A stretch of 41,312 nucleotides of DNA from Mycobacteriaceae bacterium (GCA_037129875.1 JBAXUD010000001.1:1-41312); one strand, 5' to 3'; shown: positions 1 to 10,415, counted from the first letter of the stretch. Notes: generated by a model from the letters alone, not told the origin. Program-made: numbers and translations.

Positions 1-2
1 CC

Positions 3-428
3 GCCGCGGTGCTCGGCATCTACGGCAACTCCAGCAGCGAAGCGATGTACCCGGTCCTGTCCACCGACTCAGACGGCGCGCCACTCAGCGGCGCCAACAA
101 CTACACCCTGACCTTCGCCCCGGGTCAGCTGCCGCCGGTCAATGCGTTCTGGTCAGTGACGATGTACAAGCTCCCTGAGAGCCTGCTGGTCGCCAACCCG
201 ATCGACCGCTACCTGATCAACTCGCCCATGCTGCCCAACCTGGTCAAAAACCCCGACGGGGGCTTAACGATCTACATCCAGAAAGCCTCACCAGGCCCGG
301 ACAAGGAGCCCAACTGGCTGCCCGCCCCGCCCGGACCGTTCACCCTCTACATGCGGCTGTACTCGCCTAAGCCCGACGCCCTCGACGGCCATTGGCAGGC
401 ACCCAAGCCGGTGAAGGTGCCGGGCTGA
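3..428 (+). CDS. DUF1254/DUF1214 family protein, C-terminal part (5' truncated by window)
   Basis: Motifs LPPVNAFWSVTMY, NPIDRYLINS, DGGLTIYIQ, NWLPAPPGPFTLYMRLY typical of DUF1214; frame is open to the window edge. Confidence 0.85.
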   Translation, partial: AAVLGIYGNSSSEAMYPVLSTDSDGAPLSGANNYTLTFAPGQLPPVNAFWSVTMYKLPESLLVANPIDRYLINSPMLPNLVKNPDGGLTIYIQKASPGPDKEPNWLPAPPGPFTLYMRLYSPKPDALDGHWQAPKPVKVPG

Positions 429-443
429 ACCGGAGTTCGCACC

Positions 444-1322
444 TCAATTCGGCTGCGTCACAAAGTCGATGAGCTCCTCGACCCGGCCGATGAGTTCGGG
501 CTCGAGGTCGGTCCAGTCGCGGACTGATCCGCGGATGCGCTGCCACGCGGTGGCGATGTCGGCCTGGGTGCGGTGCGGCCAGCCCAGCGCCTCGCAGATG
601 CCGTGTTTCCATTCGACAGTGCGCGGCACCGTCGGCCAGGCCGTCAGGCCCACCCGAGCCGGTTTGACCGCCTGCCAGATGTCGACGTAAGGGTGACCCA
701 CCACCAGGGTGTGCTGCCCGCCCTGCCCGCGGCGTACGGCATCGGCGATGCGGGACTCCTTGGATCCGGCGACCAGGTGATCGACCAGCACTCCCAGGCG
801 CCGGCCCGGACCGGGACGGAAGTCGGCCACGACCGCGGCCAGATCATCAACTCCGCCAAGGTATTCCACGACGACGCCTTCGACCCGCAGGTCGTCGCCC
901 CAGACCTGTTCGACGAGTTCGGCATCGTGGCGCCCCTCGACGTAGATGCGCCCGGCCAGCGCGACGCGAGCCCGGGTGTCGGAAACCTTCACCGAACCCG
1001 AGGCGGTGCGCCGGGTCGCTCCTATCCCCCGAGTCGCTTCGCTCCTGCCCCCGAGGTTCGACGGGGCCGTCCGCCGGGGCGCGGTCAGGATCACCGGCCG
1101 GCCGTCAACCAGAAACCCGGGCCCCAGCGGAAACACCCGGGTGCGGCGGTTCCGGTCCTCGAGTTCGACCCGGCCGCCCTCAATGCGGATCACGGCACCG
1201 ACGTGGCCCGACTGCGGGTCCTCGACCACCATCCCGATCTCGGCGCAGCACTGTACCGAACTGGGCTTTCCAGACTCGTGCGGGTTGTTGGCGAGCACGT
1301 CGGCGCCATAGCGATCGGCCAC
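444..1322 (-). CDS. DUF3097 family protein (C-terminal Toprim-like region)
   Basis: MADRYGADVL start, RIYVEGRHDAELVEQVWGDDLRVEGVVVE, LGVLVDHLVAGSKE; conserved actinobacterial family. Confidence 0.85.
   Translation of the reverse strand: MADRYGADVLANNPHESGKPSSVQCCAEIGMVVEDPQSGHVGAVIRIEGGRVELEDRNRRTRVFPLGPGFLVDGRPVILTAPRRTAPSNLGGRSEATRGIGATRRTASGSVKVSDTRARVALAGRIYVEGRHDAELVEQVWGDDLRVEGVVVEYLGGVDDLAAVVADFRPGPGRRLGVLVDHLVAGSKESRIADAVRRGQGGQHTLVVGHPYVDIWQAVKPARVGLTAWPTVPRTVEWKHGICEALGWPHRTQADIATAWQRIRGSVRDWTDLEPELIGRVEELIDFVTQPN
1021..1056 (-). repeat. MIRU/REP-like interspersed element inserted in frame in the DUF3097 CDS
   Basis: Minus strand CCTCGGGGGCAGGAGCGAAGCGACTCGGGGGATAGG; GAGCGAAGCGA core as in mycobacterial interspersed repeats; internal CTCGGGGG direct repeat. 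Confidence 0.6.
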
Positions 1323-1455
1323 CTCAGCGATCGTAGGGAGTCACGTGCCGCGAACGTGCGGTCGGGCGCCGCGACACGCCGCGGCGGGTCACAACGCACC
1401 CTCGCCATGAGCCCATTGCTGGCGCCCGGCCACGTCGTGCGCAATGATGCCGCCC

Positions 1456-2307
1456 ATGAGCAAAGGGTTGACCGTACTCGTCCCGCTAATTGCAGCGCTG
1501 TTGGCGACGTCGGGTTGTGCGCCTGCCCAGGACAAGCAGTCCGCGGCCGGCGCACCTGGAAACTGCGACAAGGCGTCCCTGTCGACACTGAAGCCGGATG
1601 TCCTGACCTTCGGCACCGACCAGCCTGCCTACCCGCCGTGGTTCGTCGGCGACGTTCCGGCCAACGGCAAGGGGTTCGAGTCGGCGGTCGCCTACGCTGT
1701 CGCCGACAAGCTGGGGTATCAGCCCGACGAGGTCGCGTGGGTCCGGGTGCCGTTCAATGCCGCGATCGCGCCGGGCCCGAAGACGTTCGACGCCAACCTC
1801 AATGAGTTCTCGATCACCGATGAGCGCCGCAACGCCGTCGACTTCTCCTCGCCGTACTACGACGTGACCCAGGCGGTCGTCACGATCAAGTCGGCGCCGG
1901 CCGCCAAAGTCACCACGCTCGACGGTCTGCGCGGCCTGAAGCTGGGCGCGCAGGTCGGCACCACCAGCTACAACGCCGCCAAGGGTCTGGGCGGCAGCCA
2001 GCAGATCTCTGTCTACAACAACAACGACGACGCCAAGGCGGCGCTGACGAGCGGCCAGATCGACGCCCTGGTACTCGATCTGCCGACCGCCTTCCAGGTT
2101 CAGGCAGAGCTTTCCGACGGCCAGATCATCGGCCAACTGCCCGCCGGCGGCGACAAGCCCGAACAGTTCGGCATCGTGCTGGACAAGGGCAGCGCGCTGA
2201 CGCCCTGCGTGTCCGGTGCCGTCGATGCGTTGCGCACCGACGGCACACTGGCCAGTCTGCAACAGCAGTGGCTGACCGAAGCCGGTAGCGCACCGGTCCT
2301 GAAGTGA
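1456..2307 (+). CDS. Polar amino acid ABC transporter substrate-binding lipoprotein
   Basis: Signal peptide with lipobox (ATSGC), TDQPAYPPW, VDFSSPYY, GAQVGTT; alternative start 1444. Confidence 0.9.
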   Translation: MSKGLTVLVPLIAALLATSGCAPAQDKQSAAGAPGNCDKASLSTLKPDVLTFGTDQPAYPPWFVGDVPANGKGFESAVAYAVADKLGYQPDEVAWVRVPFNAAIAPGPKTFDANLNEFSITDERRNAVDFSSPYYDVTQAVVTIKSAPAAKVTTLDGLRGLKLGAQVGTTSYNAAKGLGGSQQISVYNNNDDAKAALTSGQIDALVLDLPTAFQVQAELSDGQIIGQLPAGGDKPEQFGIVLDKGSALTPCVSGAVDALRTDGTLASLQQQWLTEAGSAPVLK

Positions 2308-3131
2308 CCGCACTGGCGGTCGAGCGCCTGGCCTACCGCCAGTCGCGGGCCCGGCGCTCGACCGCGATCGCCCTCGTGTCCACGGCGGTCTTCGCCGTCG
2401 TCCTGCTGGTGGCGACGACGTCGTCGCCGGGCTGGCCGCGGGTGCGGGACTCGTTCCTGAATTGGAAGGTCGGCTGGGAGAGCCTGCCGGCCATCCTCGA
2501 CGGGTTGTGGCTGAACCTGAGGGTGCTGGTGGTCTGCCAGATCCTCATCCTGATCATCGGCCTGAGCCTGGCGGCAGTGCGTTCGCTGCGCGGCCCGGTG
2601 TGGTTTCCGTTGCGCGCGTTGGCAACCGGCTATGTGGATCTGTTCCGCGGGCTGCCGCTGATCATCTGCCTCTACCTTGTCGGCTTCGGACTGCCGGGCC
2701 TTCGGCTCGCGGGCATCCCGAATAACCCGGTGCTGCTGGGTGGTCTGGCGCTGGTGCTGGTGTATTCGGCCTATGTGGCCGAGGTGTTCCGCGCCGGGAT
2801 TCAGTCGGTCCATCCATCTCAGCTCTCTGCCGCCAGTTCGCTGGGATTGAACCACCAGCAGACCATGCGACTGGTGGTGCTGCCCCAGGCCGCCCGGCGG
2901 GTGACCCCGGCGTTGTTGAACGATTTCGTTGCGCTGCAGAAGGATTGCGGCCTGATCTCGGTACTGGGAGCCGTCGACGCGGTGCGCGCCGCCCAGATTC
3001 AGGTGGCGACCAGTTACAACTTCACCCCCTACGTGGTGGCCGGACTGTTGTTCGTGGCGCTGGCCGTCCCGTCGGCGCGTCTGGCGGACTGGGCGACGCG
3101 GCGGGCCGCCACCCGGCAGGGGGCGCTGTGA
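2304..3131 (+). CDS. Polar amino acid ABC transporter permease
   Basis: FRGLP, SAYVAEVFRAGI, VVLPQA motifs; GTGA overlap with the upstream gene. Confidence 0.92.
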   Translation: MTALAVERLAYRQSRARRSTAIALVSTAVFAVVLLVATTSSPGWPRVRDSFLNWKVGWESLPAILDGLWLNLRVLVVCQILILIIGLSLAAVRSLRGPVWFPLRALATGYVDLFRGLPLIICLYLVGFGLPGLRLAGIPNNPVLLGGLALVLVYSAYVAEVFRAGIQSVHPSQLSAASSLGLNHQQTMRLVVLPQAARRVTPALLNDFVALQKDCGLISVLGAVDAVRAAQIQVATSYNFTPYVVAGLLFVALAVPSARLADWATRRAATRQGAL

Positions 3132-3886
3132 GCACCCCGGTTCTCTCAGTGCGCGGCCTGGTCAAGAAGTACGGCGAACGCGTCGTGCTGGACGGGGTCG
3201 ACCTCGACGTCGCCGAACACGAGGTCGTCGTGCTCATCGGCGCCTCCGGCTCGGGAAAGTCCACCATGTTGAAATGTGTGGACCTGCTCGAGGACGTCGA
3301 CGACGGCCAGATCTTTCTCGACGGCCGCGATATCAGCGACCCCCGAATGGATGCCGAGAAGGCCCGCCGCTGCATGGGAATGGTGTTCCAGTCGTTCAAT
3401 CTGTTCCCGCACATGACCGTGCTCGACAATGTCACGCTGTCGCCGCGGGTGGTGTTCCGGCGCAGCCGGGCCGATGCCGACGAGCGCGGCCGCGAACTGC
3501 TGGACCGGGTCGGACTGGCCGAGAAGGCGGACGCCTACCCCGACAAGCTCTCCGGCGGCCAGCAGCAGCGGGTCGCCATCGCCCGGGCGCTGGCCTACGA
3601 CCCGCGCCTGCTGCTGCTCGACGAAATCACCAGTGCGCTCGACCCGGAACTGGTCGGCGAAGTTCTCGATCTTGTCCGGGAGCTCGCCGGATCGGGCCGC
3701 ACGATCGTGATGGCCACCCACGAAATGGGTTTCGCCCGCCGGGTCGCCCACACGGTCTGCTTCCTCGATGGCGGCCGGATCATCGAATCCGGTTCCGCCG
3801 AGCAGGTTCTCACCGACCCGCAGCACGATCGCACCCGGCAGTTCCTGAGCCGGGTCAGCGGTGCCGGACGCTCGCCCACCGGTTGA
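3128..3886 (+). CDS. Polar amino acid ABC transporter ATP-binding protein (GlnQ-like)
   Basis: Walker A GASGSGKS, LSGGQQQR, LLLDEITSALDPE; GTG at 3128 overlaps the permease stop (GTGA). Confidence 0.93.
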   Translation: MSTPVLSVRGLVKKYGERVVLDGVDLDVAEHEVVVLIGASGSGKSTMLKCVDLLEDVDDGQIFLDGRDISDPRMDAEKARRCMGMVFQSFNLFPHMTVLDNVTLSPRVVFRRSRADADERGRELLDRVGLAEKADAYPDKLSGGQQQRVAIARALAYDPRLLLLDEITSALDPELVGEVLDLVRELAGSGRTIVMATHEMGFARRVAHTVCFLDGGRIIESGSAEQVLTDPQHDRTRQFLSRVSGAGRSPTG

Positions 3887-4011
3887 CACAACACAGCGGG
3901 ATAACGGGGCGGTACCGATTCGTCACAGATCAGCACCGTCTCAGTACTGCGACAGTGAATTGCCAGCTTCGACGGGGACTCTGGGGTCAACCCCGCAACA
4001 GGAGGTCCGCA

Positions 4012-4326
4012 ATGCCCTGGCTCATGGTGTACATCACAGTCGCCGTCGCAGTCCTATCGGTTGCGGGCGCATGTTGCGCGAAGGGTCTCCGGCATGATCC
4101 CGGCCGTCTGGTTGCGATCATCGCCGCGGCCGCGCTGTGGCCGGTGGTCGTCGTCGGTCTGGTGCAGTTCGGCGCTATTCATCTCTACGCGAACTCCCTG
4201 CGGCGGCGCACCTGTACGCCGGTGGATCGGGCGCCGCTCGAGCCGGAACCCGCCACAGCCCCGATGGTGCTGGTCGACTCTCTGGTCCGGATGGCCCAGC
4301 AGGTCGGGGCCAAACACCCTGCATAA
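4012..4326 (+). CDS. Small hypothetical membrane protein (2 TM, ~104 aa)
   Basis: AGGAGG RBS at ~4000-4005, ATG 4012, two hydrophobic segments incl. AAALWPVVVVGLVQF. Confidence 0.65.
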   Translation: MPWLMVYITVAVAVLSVAGACCAKGLRHDPGRLVAIIAAAALWPVVVVGLVQFGAIHLYANSLRRRTCTPVDRAPLEPEPATAPMVLVDSLVRMAQQVGAKHPA

Positions 4327-4407
4327 CGGGGTAGGTGTCCGGACACGCCGGTAACTAAATCGAACCTAAGCCGCGCGGACGAAGTCGGCGGACCGCATAA
4401 TCTTCGG

Positions 4408-5391
4408 GTGAATGTGACTCGAGTCCGTGTCTTTACCGCCGCTATAGCCCTGAGCTTCTCTTTCCTGTCCGTCCCTGCCGCCGTCGCCGAACCCGCGCAA
4501 GGTGCGCACATCACCGATGTGCAGCACGTGACCGACCGCTGGGACAAGGTGTCGGTGTATTCGCCGGCGATGAACAAGGTGATCGTCAACGACGTCTACA
4601 AGGCCCCGGGTGGCGGCGCACCCACCTTTTACCTGCTGCCCGGCATCGACGGCGGCGACAACCTTGATCCGGGAACCAATTTCGCACCCGGCACCAAGAG
4701 CTGGTTCGGCATGACCGACATCCAGGGCTTCTTCGCCAACAAGAACGTCAATGTCGTCTCCCCGCTGGGAGGGCAGTTCAGCTGGTACACCGACTGGATC
4801 AACGACCCCACCAAGCAGTACCAGACCTACATGACCCGTGAGCTTCCGCCGCTGATCAATGCCGCCTATAACGCCAACGGGGTCAACGCCGTCGGCGGCC
4901 TGTCCAGCACCGGAGGCACCGCGATCGACTACGCCGTGCAGACCCCCGGGGTCTACCGGGCCGTCGGTTCCTACAGCGGTTTCCTTGCGCCGTCGGACCC
5001 GCAATCCGCCCAGCAGGTTGCACTCACCCTGGGCTCCGGTGGCGCCAGCGCGGAGAACATGTGGGGACCGCTGGGCGGACCGCTGTGGGTCGCCCACGAC
5101 CCCTCCAAGAACGTCGCAAGCCTCCGCGGGGTCGGGGTCTACGCGGCAGCGGCCGGTGGCGCGGTCGGTGACGTCGACAAGCTGCCACCGGGCTTCGGCA
5201 ACAATTTCACCGGCGGGTTCATCGAGGGCATCGTCGCCGAGAGCACCAAACGCTTCGCCGACGCCGCGGCCGCGGCCGGAGTGCCGATCACCTATGTCCT
5301 GCGCCCACAGGGGTCACACACCTGGGGACTGTTCGAATCCGAGATGCAGGAGTCGTGGAACACCACCATCGGGCCGGCCATCGGCGCCTAG
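4408..5391 (+). CDS. Secreted antigen-85/mycolyltransferase-like alpha/beta hydrolase (esterase family)
   Basis: Signal peptide, VYSPAM, YLLPG, GGQFSWYTDW, ELPPLI, nucleophile elbow GLSSTG, GSHTW. Confidence 0.85.
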   Translation: MNVTRVRVFTAAIALSFSFLSVPAAVAEPAQGAHITDVQHVTDRWDKVSVYSPAMNKVIVNDVYKAPGGGAPTFYLLPGIDGGDNLDPGTNFAPGTKSWFGMTDIQGFFANKNVNVVSPLGGQFSWYTDWINDPTKQYQTYMTRELPPLINAAYNANGVNAVGGLSSTGGTAIDYAVQTPGVYRAVGSYSGFLAPSDPQSAQQVALTLGSGGASAENMWGPLGGPLWVAHDPSKNVASLRGVGVYAAAAGGAVGDVDKLPPGFGNNFTGGFIEGIVAESTKRFADAAAAAGVPITYVLRPQGSHTWGLFESEMQESWNTTIGPAIGA

Positions 5392-5522
5392 TCCCCCGAT
5401 CAGTGGACAACCGCGTCATCCGCGAATAGGTGCGTCCGGTGGACAGCCCGCGGGCCGGGTTGCCGGAAAAGTCGAAGCAGACCGAAGCGATCGGTCAGAG
5501 GCGACTTCAGGAGGCCAGCACC

Positions 5523-5798
5523 ATGAGCACCAACACTTTCACCCGACGCATCACCGCTACCGTGTCCGGAGCGCTCGTTGCGGCCGGAATCCTTCTGGGC
5601 AGCATGGTGATTGGCGACACCGCGAGCGCCACCGCCGATCCCATGTCGGGTGGACAGTGCGCCGGCATGACCATGACCGTCGGCCAGGGCGGAACCAACC
5701 CGAACGCTCTTACGCGGGCCGGCCAGATCGGTGCCGCCGGTTCCGGCGCGTCGGACGGCAGCATGGCGGTGGATTGCCAGGCCGCCAGCCACGGCTGA
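5523..5798 (+). CDS. Small secreted protein (~91 aa, two Cys)
   Basis: AGGAGG RBS 5509-5514, N-terminal signal peptide ending ATA-D. Confidence 0.7.
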   Translation: MSTNTFTRRITATVSGALVAAGILLGSMVIGDTASATADPMSGGQCAGMTMTVGQGGTNPNALTRAGQIGAAGSGASDGSMAVDCQAASHG

Positions 5799-5828
5799 CC
5801 GGGATGCCCCGGCTGAGCGAGAGCGAGT

Positions 5829-5865
5829 GGGGCCTGCCGCGCAGGGGATGAGCGCGGCGGGCCCC
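5829..5865 (+). terminator. Intrinsic terminator-like hairpin, possibly bidirectional
   Basis: GGGGCCTGCCGCGC / GCGCGGCGGGCCCC 14-bp stem (one G-U) between convergent genes, followed by T-containing tract. Confidence 0.7.
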
Positions 5866-5947
5866 GTTCGATTGTCTTACTGACGGAAGCGAAAGTTTAG
5901 CGATTCAGGATTTTCTCAGCCGGGGTGTCGCCCGGGCCGCTTGTCGG

Positions 5948-6817
5948 TCATCCGGTGTGTTCCGCCAGCCGGTCGGTGATATCACGCAGTGCCGCAAGCT
6001 GTTCGCCGTAATGCGCGGCCGACGCGGCGACCACCGAACACGTGACGACCGTCGCACCGGCGTCCCGTAGGCGGGCCAGACGGGTCTCGGTGCCGCCCGG
6101 ATCCGTGGTCGGGTCGACGGCCCGTCCGGTGGCCAGCACCACCTCGAAACCGGGCGGCGCATCGACACGGGCAAGCATCTCGGACAAGGCGGTCGTGCTC
6201 AGCCCGAACGGCATCCAGCCGTCAGCCAGGCGCACCGCCCGGTTCAGCGACCGCATGGTTCGTCCGCCGACCCAGATCGGCACGTGTGGCTGCATCGCAC
6301 ACGGCTCCACCACCACGCCCCGGTAGCGGTAGAACCGACCCTCATAGGCAGGCCGCGGGGTCGACAGCGACACCCGCAGCGCCGCCAGTGCGTCGTCCGC
6401 CCGCTCACCGCGGTCGGCGAATTGCGCACCCAATAAGGCGAATTCCTCCTCCAGCGAGCCGACCCCGACACCGAGCACCAGCCGGCCGCCGCTGAGCCGG
6501 TCGAGCGTGCCGAACCGCTTGGCGATCTCCAGGGGATGGTGATAACCCAGCACGATGACCGAAGTGGTCAGCCGGATGCGGCGGGTGTGGGCAGCCAGAA
6601 AGGCCAGGGTGGACAACGGATCCCAGTACGTCAGCCCGCGGCCTTCGGCCGCGCCTTCGGGAACGGCGATGTGCTCGGCGCAGGTCAGGTGGTCGTACCC
6701 CAGATCATCGGCAATCCGGGCGACACCGGCCAATTCGTCGGCGCCTGCGTCACGCTCCCAGTCCGACGCCACACCGGGCAGTTGCATGACCACGGGCGTG
6801 GACAGACCGATTCGCAC
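5948..6817 (-). CDS. LLM-class F420-dependent oxidoreductase
   Basis: EHIAVP, DPLSTLAFLAAHTRRIRL, TLDRLSGGRLVLGVGVG, PIWVGG, ADGWMP. Confidence 0.9.
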   Translation of the reverse strand: MRIGLSTPVVMQLPGVASDWERDAGADELAGVARIADDLGYDHLTCAEHIAVPEGAAEGRGLTYWDPLSTLAFLAAHTRRIRLTTSVIVLGYHHPLEIAKRFGTLDRLSGGRLVLGVGVGSLEEEFALLGAQFADRGERADDALAALRVSLSTPRPAYEGRFYRYRGVVVEPCAMQPHVPIWVGGRTMRSLNRAVRLADGWMPFGLSTTALSEMLARVDAPPGFEVVLATGRAVDPTTDPGGTETRLARLRDAGATVVTCSVVAASAAHYGEQLAALRDITDRLAEHTG

Positions 6818-6837
6818 AGTTCAAGGTTCTACACCTC

Positions 6838-7422
6838 CTAAAGCCCGTCAGGGCGATCCGACAACCAGGTACTGAACCTCGCCGCGAGGCGATCACGCTC
6901 TGCGAGCGACGGCGCGATGACATCCATGCCGCCGTCATAGGGATGAAACAGCCAGCGCAGGGAGGTGTCGGTGATGACCACCTCCGACGTCCGGTCGTCG
7001 GCGACGTAGCGCAGCAGATCGTCGAGACTTCCCGGGGCGAACTGCCCTCGGCTGACCTTAAGGTCGTAGGACACTTCGGGGTCGTCGGGATCCACCGCAT
7101 GCATCCACGGCGCGGCACCTGGATGCAGCCCGACGTGTATCGGCTCGGTTCCCGAGGCCAGATCACCCGCGCCGTACTCGACGGTTACCAGATATATTGC
7201 ACCGCAGCCACATTCATCCAGCACGGCACCCAGCACGGTGTTGTAGCGCGTCAGCAGTTCGTGGCGCTCACCGTCGTCGGTGGGATAACGCTTGCCGAGT
7301 GGCAGGGTGTGGAATCTGACCCAGCGATCGTGCATCCGATGGCGGAACAGATGCCCGATCGGTGGGCACTGCGGCCAGGACCGGCACCACTGCCGGGTCA
7401 GTTCCGCGGTATCAATGCTCAT
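6838..7422 (-). CDS. Hypothetical protein, DUF3885-like
   Basis: [36 protein letters not shown] motifs. Confidence 0.7.
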   Translation of the reverse strand: MSIDTAELTRQWCRSWPQCPPIGHLFRHRMHDRWVRFHTLPLGKRYPTDDGERHELLTRYNTVLGAVLDECGCGAIYLVTVEYGAGDLASGTEPIHVGLHPGAAPWMHAVDPDDPEVSYDLKVSRGQFAPGSLDDLLRYVADDRTSEVVITDTSLRWLFHPYDGGMDVIAPSLAERDRLAARFSTWLSDRPDGL

Positions 7423-7540
7423 CGGTCGCAGGATGCCCGGTGGCCTCGACGTCGCGCAAGAACAGCACGCTGACCAGACTCAGCAGCGAGAAGGCAACCA
7501 TCATCACACCGACAGCATTGCCGCCGTGCGCCATGAGCAT
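7412..7540 (-). pseudogene. Possible remnant of the last TM helix of an MFS transporter
   Basis: [29 protein letters not shown] resembles an MFS TM12 end; stop overlaps the start of the DUF3885-like gene. Confidence 0.35.
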
Positions 7541-7667
7541 TGTGTCGTCATGTGCCCATAGTGGGACGCGCCACCGTCGAGCAGGGTCCGCCGATCGGCC
7601 CGTCCGATTGATGACCCCGCGTCCTACGATCGGTGGGTCCAATCCGTGCGATACAGTCCGAGGTGAG

Positions 7668-10415
7668 ATGAGCGGCTGCGCCAACGACGCCGGGACACCT
7701 CGGGAATGCCAGGCATGTGGTGCGACTGCGCCGGCGGGGGTCTTCTGCGGCACGTGCGGAGCCGACTTTCACAGACCAGCCGTTAAGGGTCGTTTCGACC
7801 TGCGGCCGAGGGTGTATGCCGTCGCCCCGCGGGAGCCGATTTTCCTGCCTCTGGCGACAAGTTCGCTGTTCCCCCACATCACGGATGCGTCCCGGAGGCC
7901 GTTTCGCCACGCCCTTTTCCTGGTGCTAGCCGCGCTCATGACCTTCTCGGCCTTTCGGCTTCTGCTGCCGCTGGTCATCGTGATCTCACTCGGGGTTCCG
8001 TTCTTGTTCGCCGTGTATCTGTGGCGCTCCCGCGTGTTCCGGGACAACCGCGGAACCATAGTGGCCGCCGGACTCCTCGGAACCGCGCTCAGCGTGGCGT
8101 GGTGGCTGTGGACCGGCGACATCGTGGCGAACGCCTACGGCGTCCCCTTGGCGACGGCCTTCCACATGCAAACCGCACTGAGCATCGGGTTGACCATCAC
8201 CGTGGGAGGAGCGGCGTTCATGCTGCTGCCCGCTATGCTCCTGCGCCCGCTTCGCCCGGCCACGAGCGAGTCGCTCGACGGGTTCGCAATCGGCGCATGC
8301 GGGGCGCTGTGCTACTCGGCCGCCGGCACGATCACCTGGCTCGCACCCCAGTTCACGGCCGGCCTGATCGACAACTACCGCCCCTGGCGGCTGTTCGAGG
8401 AGGCGTTCCTGTACGGCTTCGTCGACCCGGTGACGTCGGCGGCGGTCGGCGGTCTGGTGGGGCTGATGCTGTGGTTCCGGCCAGGCAGGCGGGCCGGACG
8501 CAACGCACGGGGCATCCGAGCGGCCCTGGCGCTCTACACCGGGTTGGCTGTTGCCATCTACTGCGGCGTGTACGTGATCGACGCTGCCCAACTGCCCCGC
8601 TTCGCCGAGATCGCCATCAACTCGATGCTGACAGCGTTGTCCATGGTGGCTATGCGCTTCGCCGTCCAGACGGCGTTACTGCACGAGGACACCGATCCTC
8701 ACGGTCCCCGCGCGGTGCTGTGCACTAACTGCCAAAGCCCGGTTCCTGACATGCCGTTCTGTCCGGAATGCGGGGCGGCCGCGCGGGCGTCGTCGCGCTC
8801 CGTGCGCCGGAAGCGCCGCACGCCATTGGCTTCCTTCGGCGCCGCGGCCCTGGCCGCTGTGCTGATGCTGACCGCGGCTGATTACCCGGCGTTGGCGTTC
8901 AGTGGCCGCGCCATCGGCGGGGCGTACGCGCGGGTGCTCGCCGCGGCGAGCGACCTCGGCCCGGCCCATGATGATCGGGTCCGCATCACCGCGGCCCTGC
9001 ACAGTTCGTCGCGTCCGCTGCAGCTCGAGGCATGGGCTCGCGCCCGCAACCTGTCGGTGCGCTGGCGCGACGGCGACGCATGGGCGGTCGTCGAAGGGGC
9101 CGCCACGGCGGTCGCCACCGCATTCGGTGTTCCGATCCGCACCTACCGCACGCGCCAGGGACCCGAGCCCGGCCGTGTCTTCTACGCATCGGAGCGTCAA
9201 CCGGCGATTCCGCGTGACGCCCGCACGGAGGTCGCGGGCCTTGGCCGCATCCTCGGTTACCTGCCGTACCGGGAGAGCCGGCCGCCCACTCCCCCGAAGG
9301 ACGTTCCCGACGGCGGCCTGCTGCCGAACCAGTTGGTGCGCGCCTACAACGCCACACCGCTCAGCGAAGCCGGGCACACCGGCAAGGGCATCACGGTCGT
9401 GGTGTTCGCCTTCGACGGCTTCGATCAGCGCGATATGGACAGCTACGCCGAGTGGTTCGGCCTGCCCGCGTTCACTCCGCAGGTGGTGGGCGCAATGCCG
9501 GTCCAGCGCAGCGGTGAGGCGACGATGGACCTGCAGATGATCCACGCGATAGCTCCGGACGCCAAACTGGTGCTCGTCAACTCCCGGCCGAGCGTCGAAG
9601 GCGACGGCGGTTTCGAGAAACTCGCCCGGCTGTGGGAGTCGGTCGATCGGCAATTCCCCGGAGCCATCTGGAGTTTCTCCATCGGGTGGGGTTGCGACCG
9701 ACTCTTCAATCCCGCCGACCTCGCACCGGTCCGCGCCGCGCTCGCCGCGGCGGTGCGCCATGGGACCACCGCATTCGACGCCTCCGGGGACCTGGCCGGC
9801 CTGGAATGCAAAGGCGGACATACCTGGTCGGATCCGCCGAGCGCCGACGACGTCGGGTTGGACGCGGTGGCATCGATCCCGGAGATGACGTCGGTGGGCG
9901 GCACCCGGATGTCCACCGACCCCGAGGGCGACTGGCTGGCCGAGCAGTCCTGGTACGACGTTCCCCTGACCCAGGGCACGGGCGGCGGAGCCTCGTCGCT
10001 GTACGGCAGACCGGCATGGCAAACTGTCGACCCCGGCGCCGGTCCCCCGGACCGCAGACTCGTGCCCGATGTCGCTGCGGTCGCTGATCCGTTCACCGGG
10101 GTCAAGTTCGTGTTCCGGCAGCAGGTTCTGACCGGGGGTGGCACATCGCAGTCCGCCCCGATCTGGGCCGGTCTCGCGGCGCTGATCAACGACAAGTTCA
10201 CCGCCACCGGCGCGGCACCATTGGGCGATCTGAATCCCCTGCTGTATGCGGTGGCGAAGGGCTCGGCGTCAGCACCAAGCTTCCGAGATGTGCGACTGGG
10301 CGGCAATGCGGTCACCCCCGGAGGGCGGCCCGGCTATGACATGGTGACCGGTCTGGGCAGTCCCAACGTCGAGAATCTGGCGAAGAACATCCTCATCGCC
10401 CGGGCCCGCCGATGA
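7668..10415 (+). CDS. Fusion: Zn-ribbon/PrsW-like multi-TM domain + second Zn ribbon + S53 (sedolisin/kumamolisin) peptidase with prodomain
   Basis: CQACG..FCGTCG; many TM segments with ESLDG; CTNC..FCPECG; S53 catalytic motifs EATMD, ASGD, GGTS and Ca-site [11 protein letters not shown]; GAGGTG RBS before ATG 7668 (ORF open from 7362). Confidence 0.8.
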   Translation: MSGCANDAGTPRECQACGATAPAGVFCGTCGADFHRPAVKGRFDLRPRVYAVAPREPIFLPLATSSLFPHITDASRRPFRHALFLVLAALMTFSAFRLLLPLVIVISLGVPFLFAVYLWRSRVFRDNRGTIVAAGLLGTALSVAWWLWTGDIVANAYGVPLATAFHMQTALSIGLTITVGGAAFMLLPAMLLRPLRPATSESLDGFAIGACGALCYSAAGTITWLAPQFTAGLIDNYRPWRLFEEAFLYGFVDPVTSAAVGGLVGLMLWFRPGRRAGRNARGIRAALALYTGLAVAIYCGVYVIDAAQLPRFAEIAINSMLTALSMVAMRFAVQTALLHEDTDPHGPRAVLCTNCQSPVPDMPFCPECGAAARASSRSVRRKRRTPLASFGAAALAAVLMLTAADYPALAFSGRAIGGAYARVLAAASDLGPAHDDRVRITAALHSSSRPLQLEAWARARNLSVRWRDGDAWAVVEGAATAVATAFGVPIRTYRTRQGPEPGRVFYASERQPAIPRDARTEVAGLGRILGYLPYRESRPPTPPKDVPDGGLLPNQLVRAYNATPLSEAGHTGKGITVVVFAFDGFDQRDMDSYAEWFGLPAFTPQVVGAMPVQRSGEATMDLQMIHAIAPDAKLVLVNSRPSVEGDGGFEKLARLWESVDRQFPGAIWSFSIGWGCDRLFNPADLAPVRAALAAAVRHGTTAFDASGDLAGLECKGGHTWSDPPSADDVGLDAVASIPEMTSVGGTRMSTDPEGDWLAEQSWYDVPLTQGTGGGASSLYGRPAWQTVDPGAGPPDRRLVPDVAAVADPFTGVKFVFRQQVLTGGGTSQSAPIWAGLAALINDKFTATGAAPLGDLNPLLYAVAKGSASAPSFRDVRLGGNAVTPGGRPGYDMVTGLGSPNVENLAKNILIARARR

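Noticed and set aside
573-1805. 410-aa plus-strand ORF and similar long ORFs (8676-10022, 18953-19984, 22987-24450, 28323-30422, 39064-40035)
   Set aside because: Antisense shadows of well-supported genes, typical of high-GC DNA; no recognisable motifs
3274-4011. N-terminal extension of the 350-aa ORF
   Set aside because: Overlaps the ABC ATPase out of frame; Arg/Pro-rich junk; the strong RBS supports ATG 4012
7362-7667. Upstream starts giving 1017 aa for the S53 fusion (also 38666 for the second cyclase, 24900 for GSDH, 11794 for the lipoprotein)
   Set aside because: Extensions overlap neighbouring genes or promoters and lack domain features; downstream starts have better RBS or signal context
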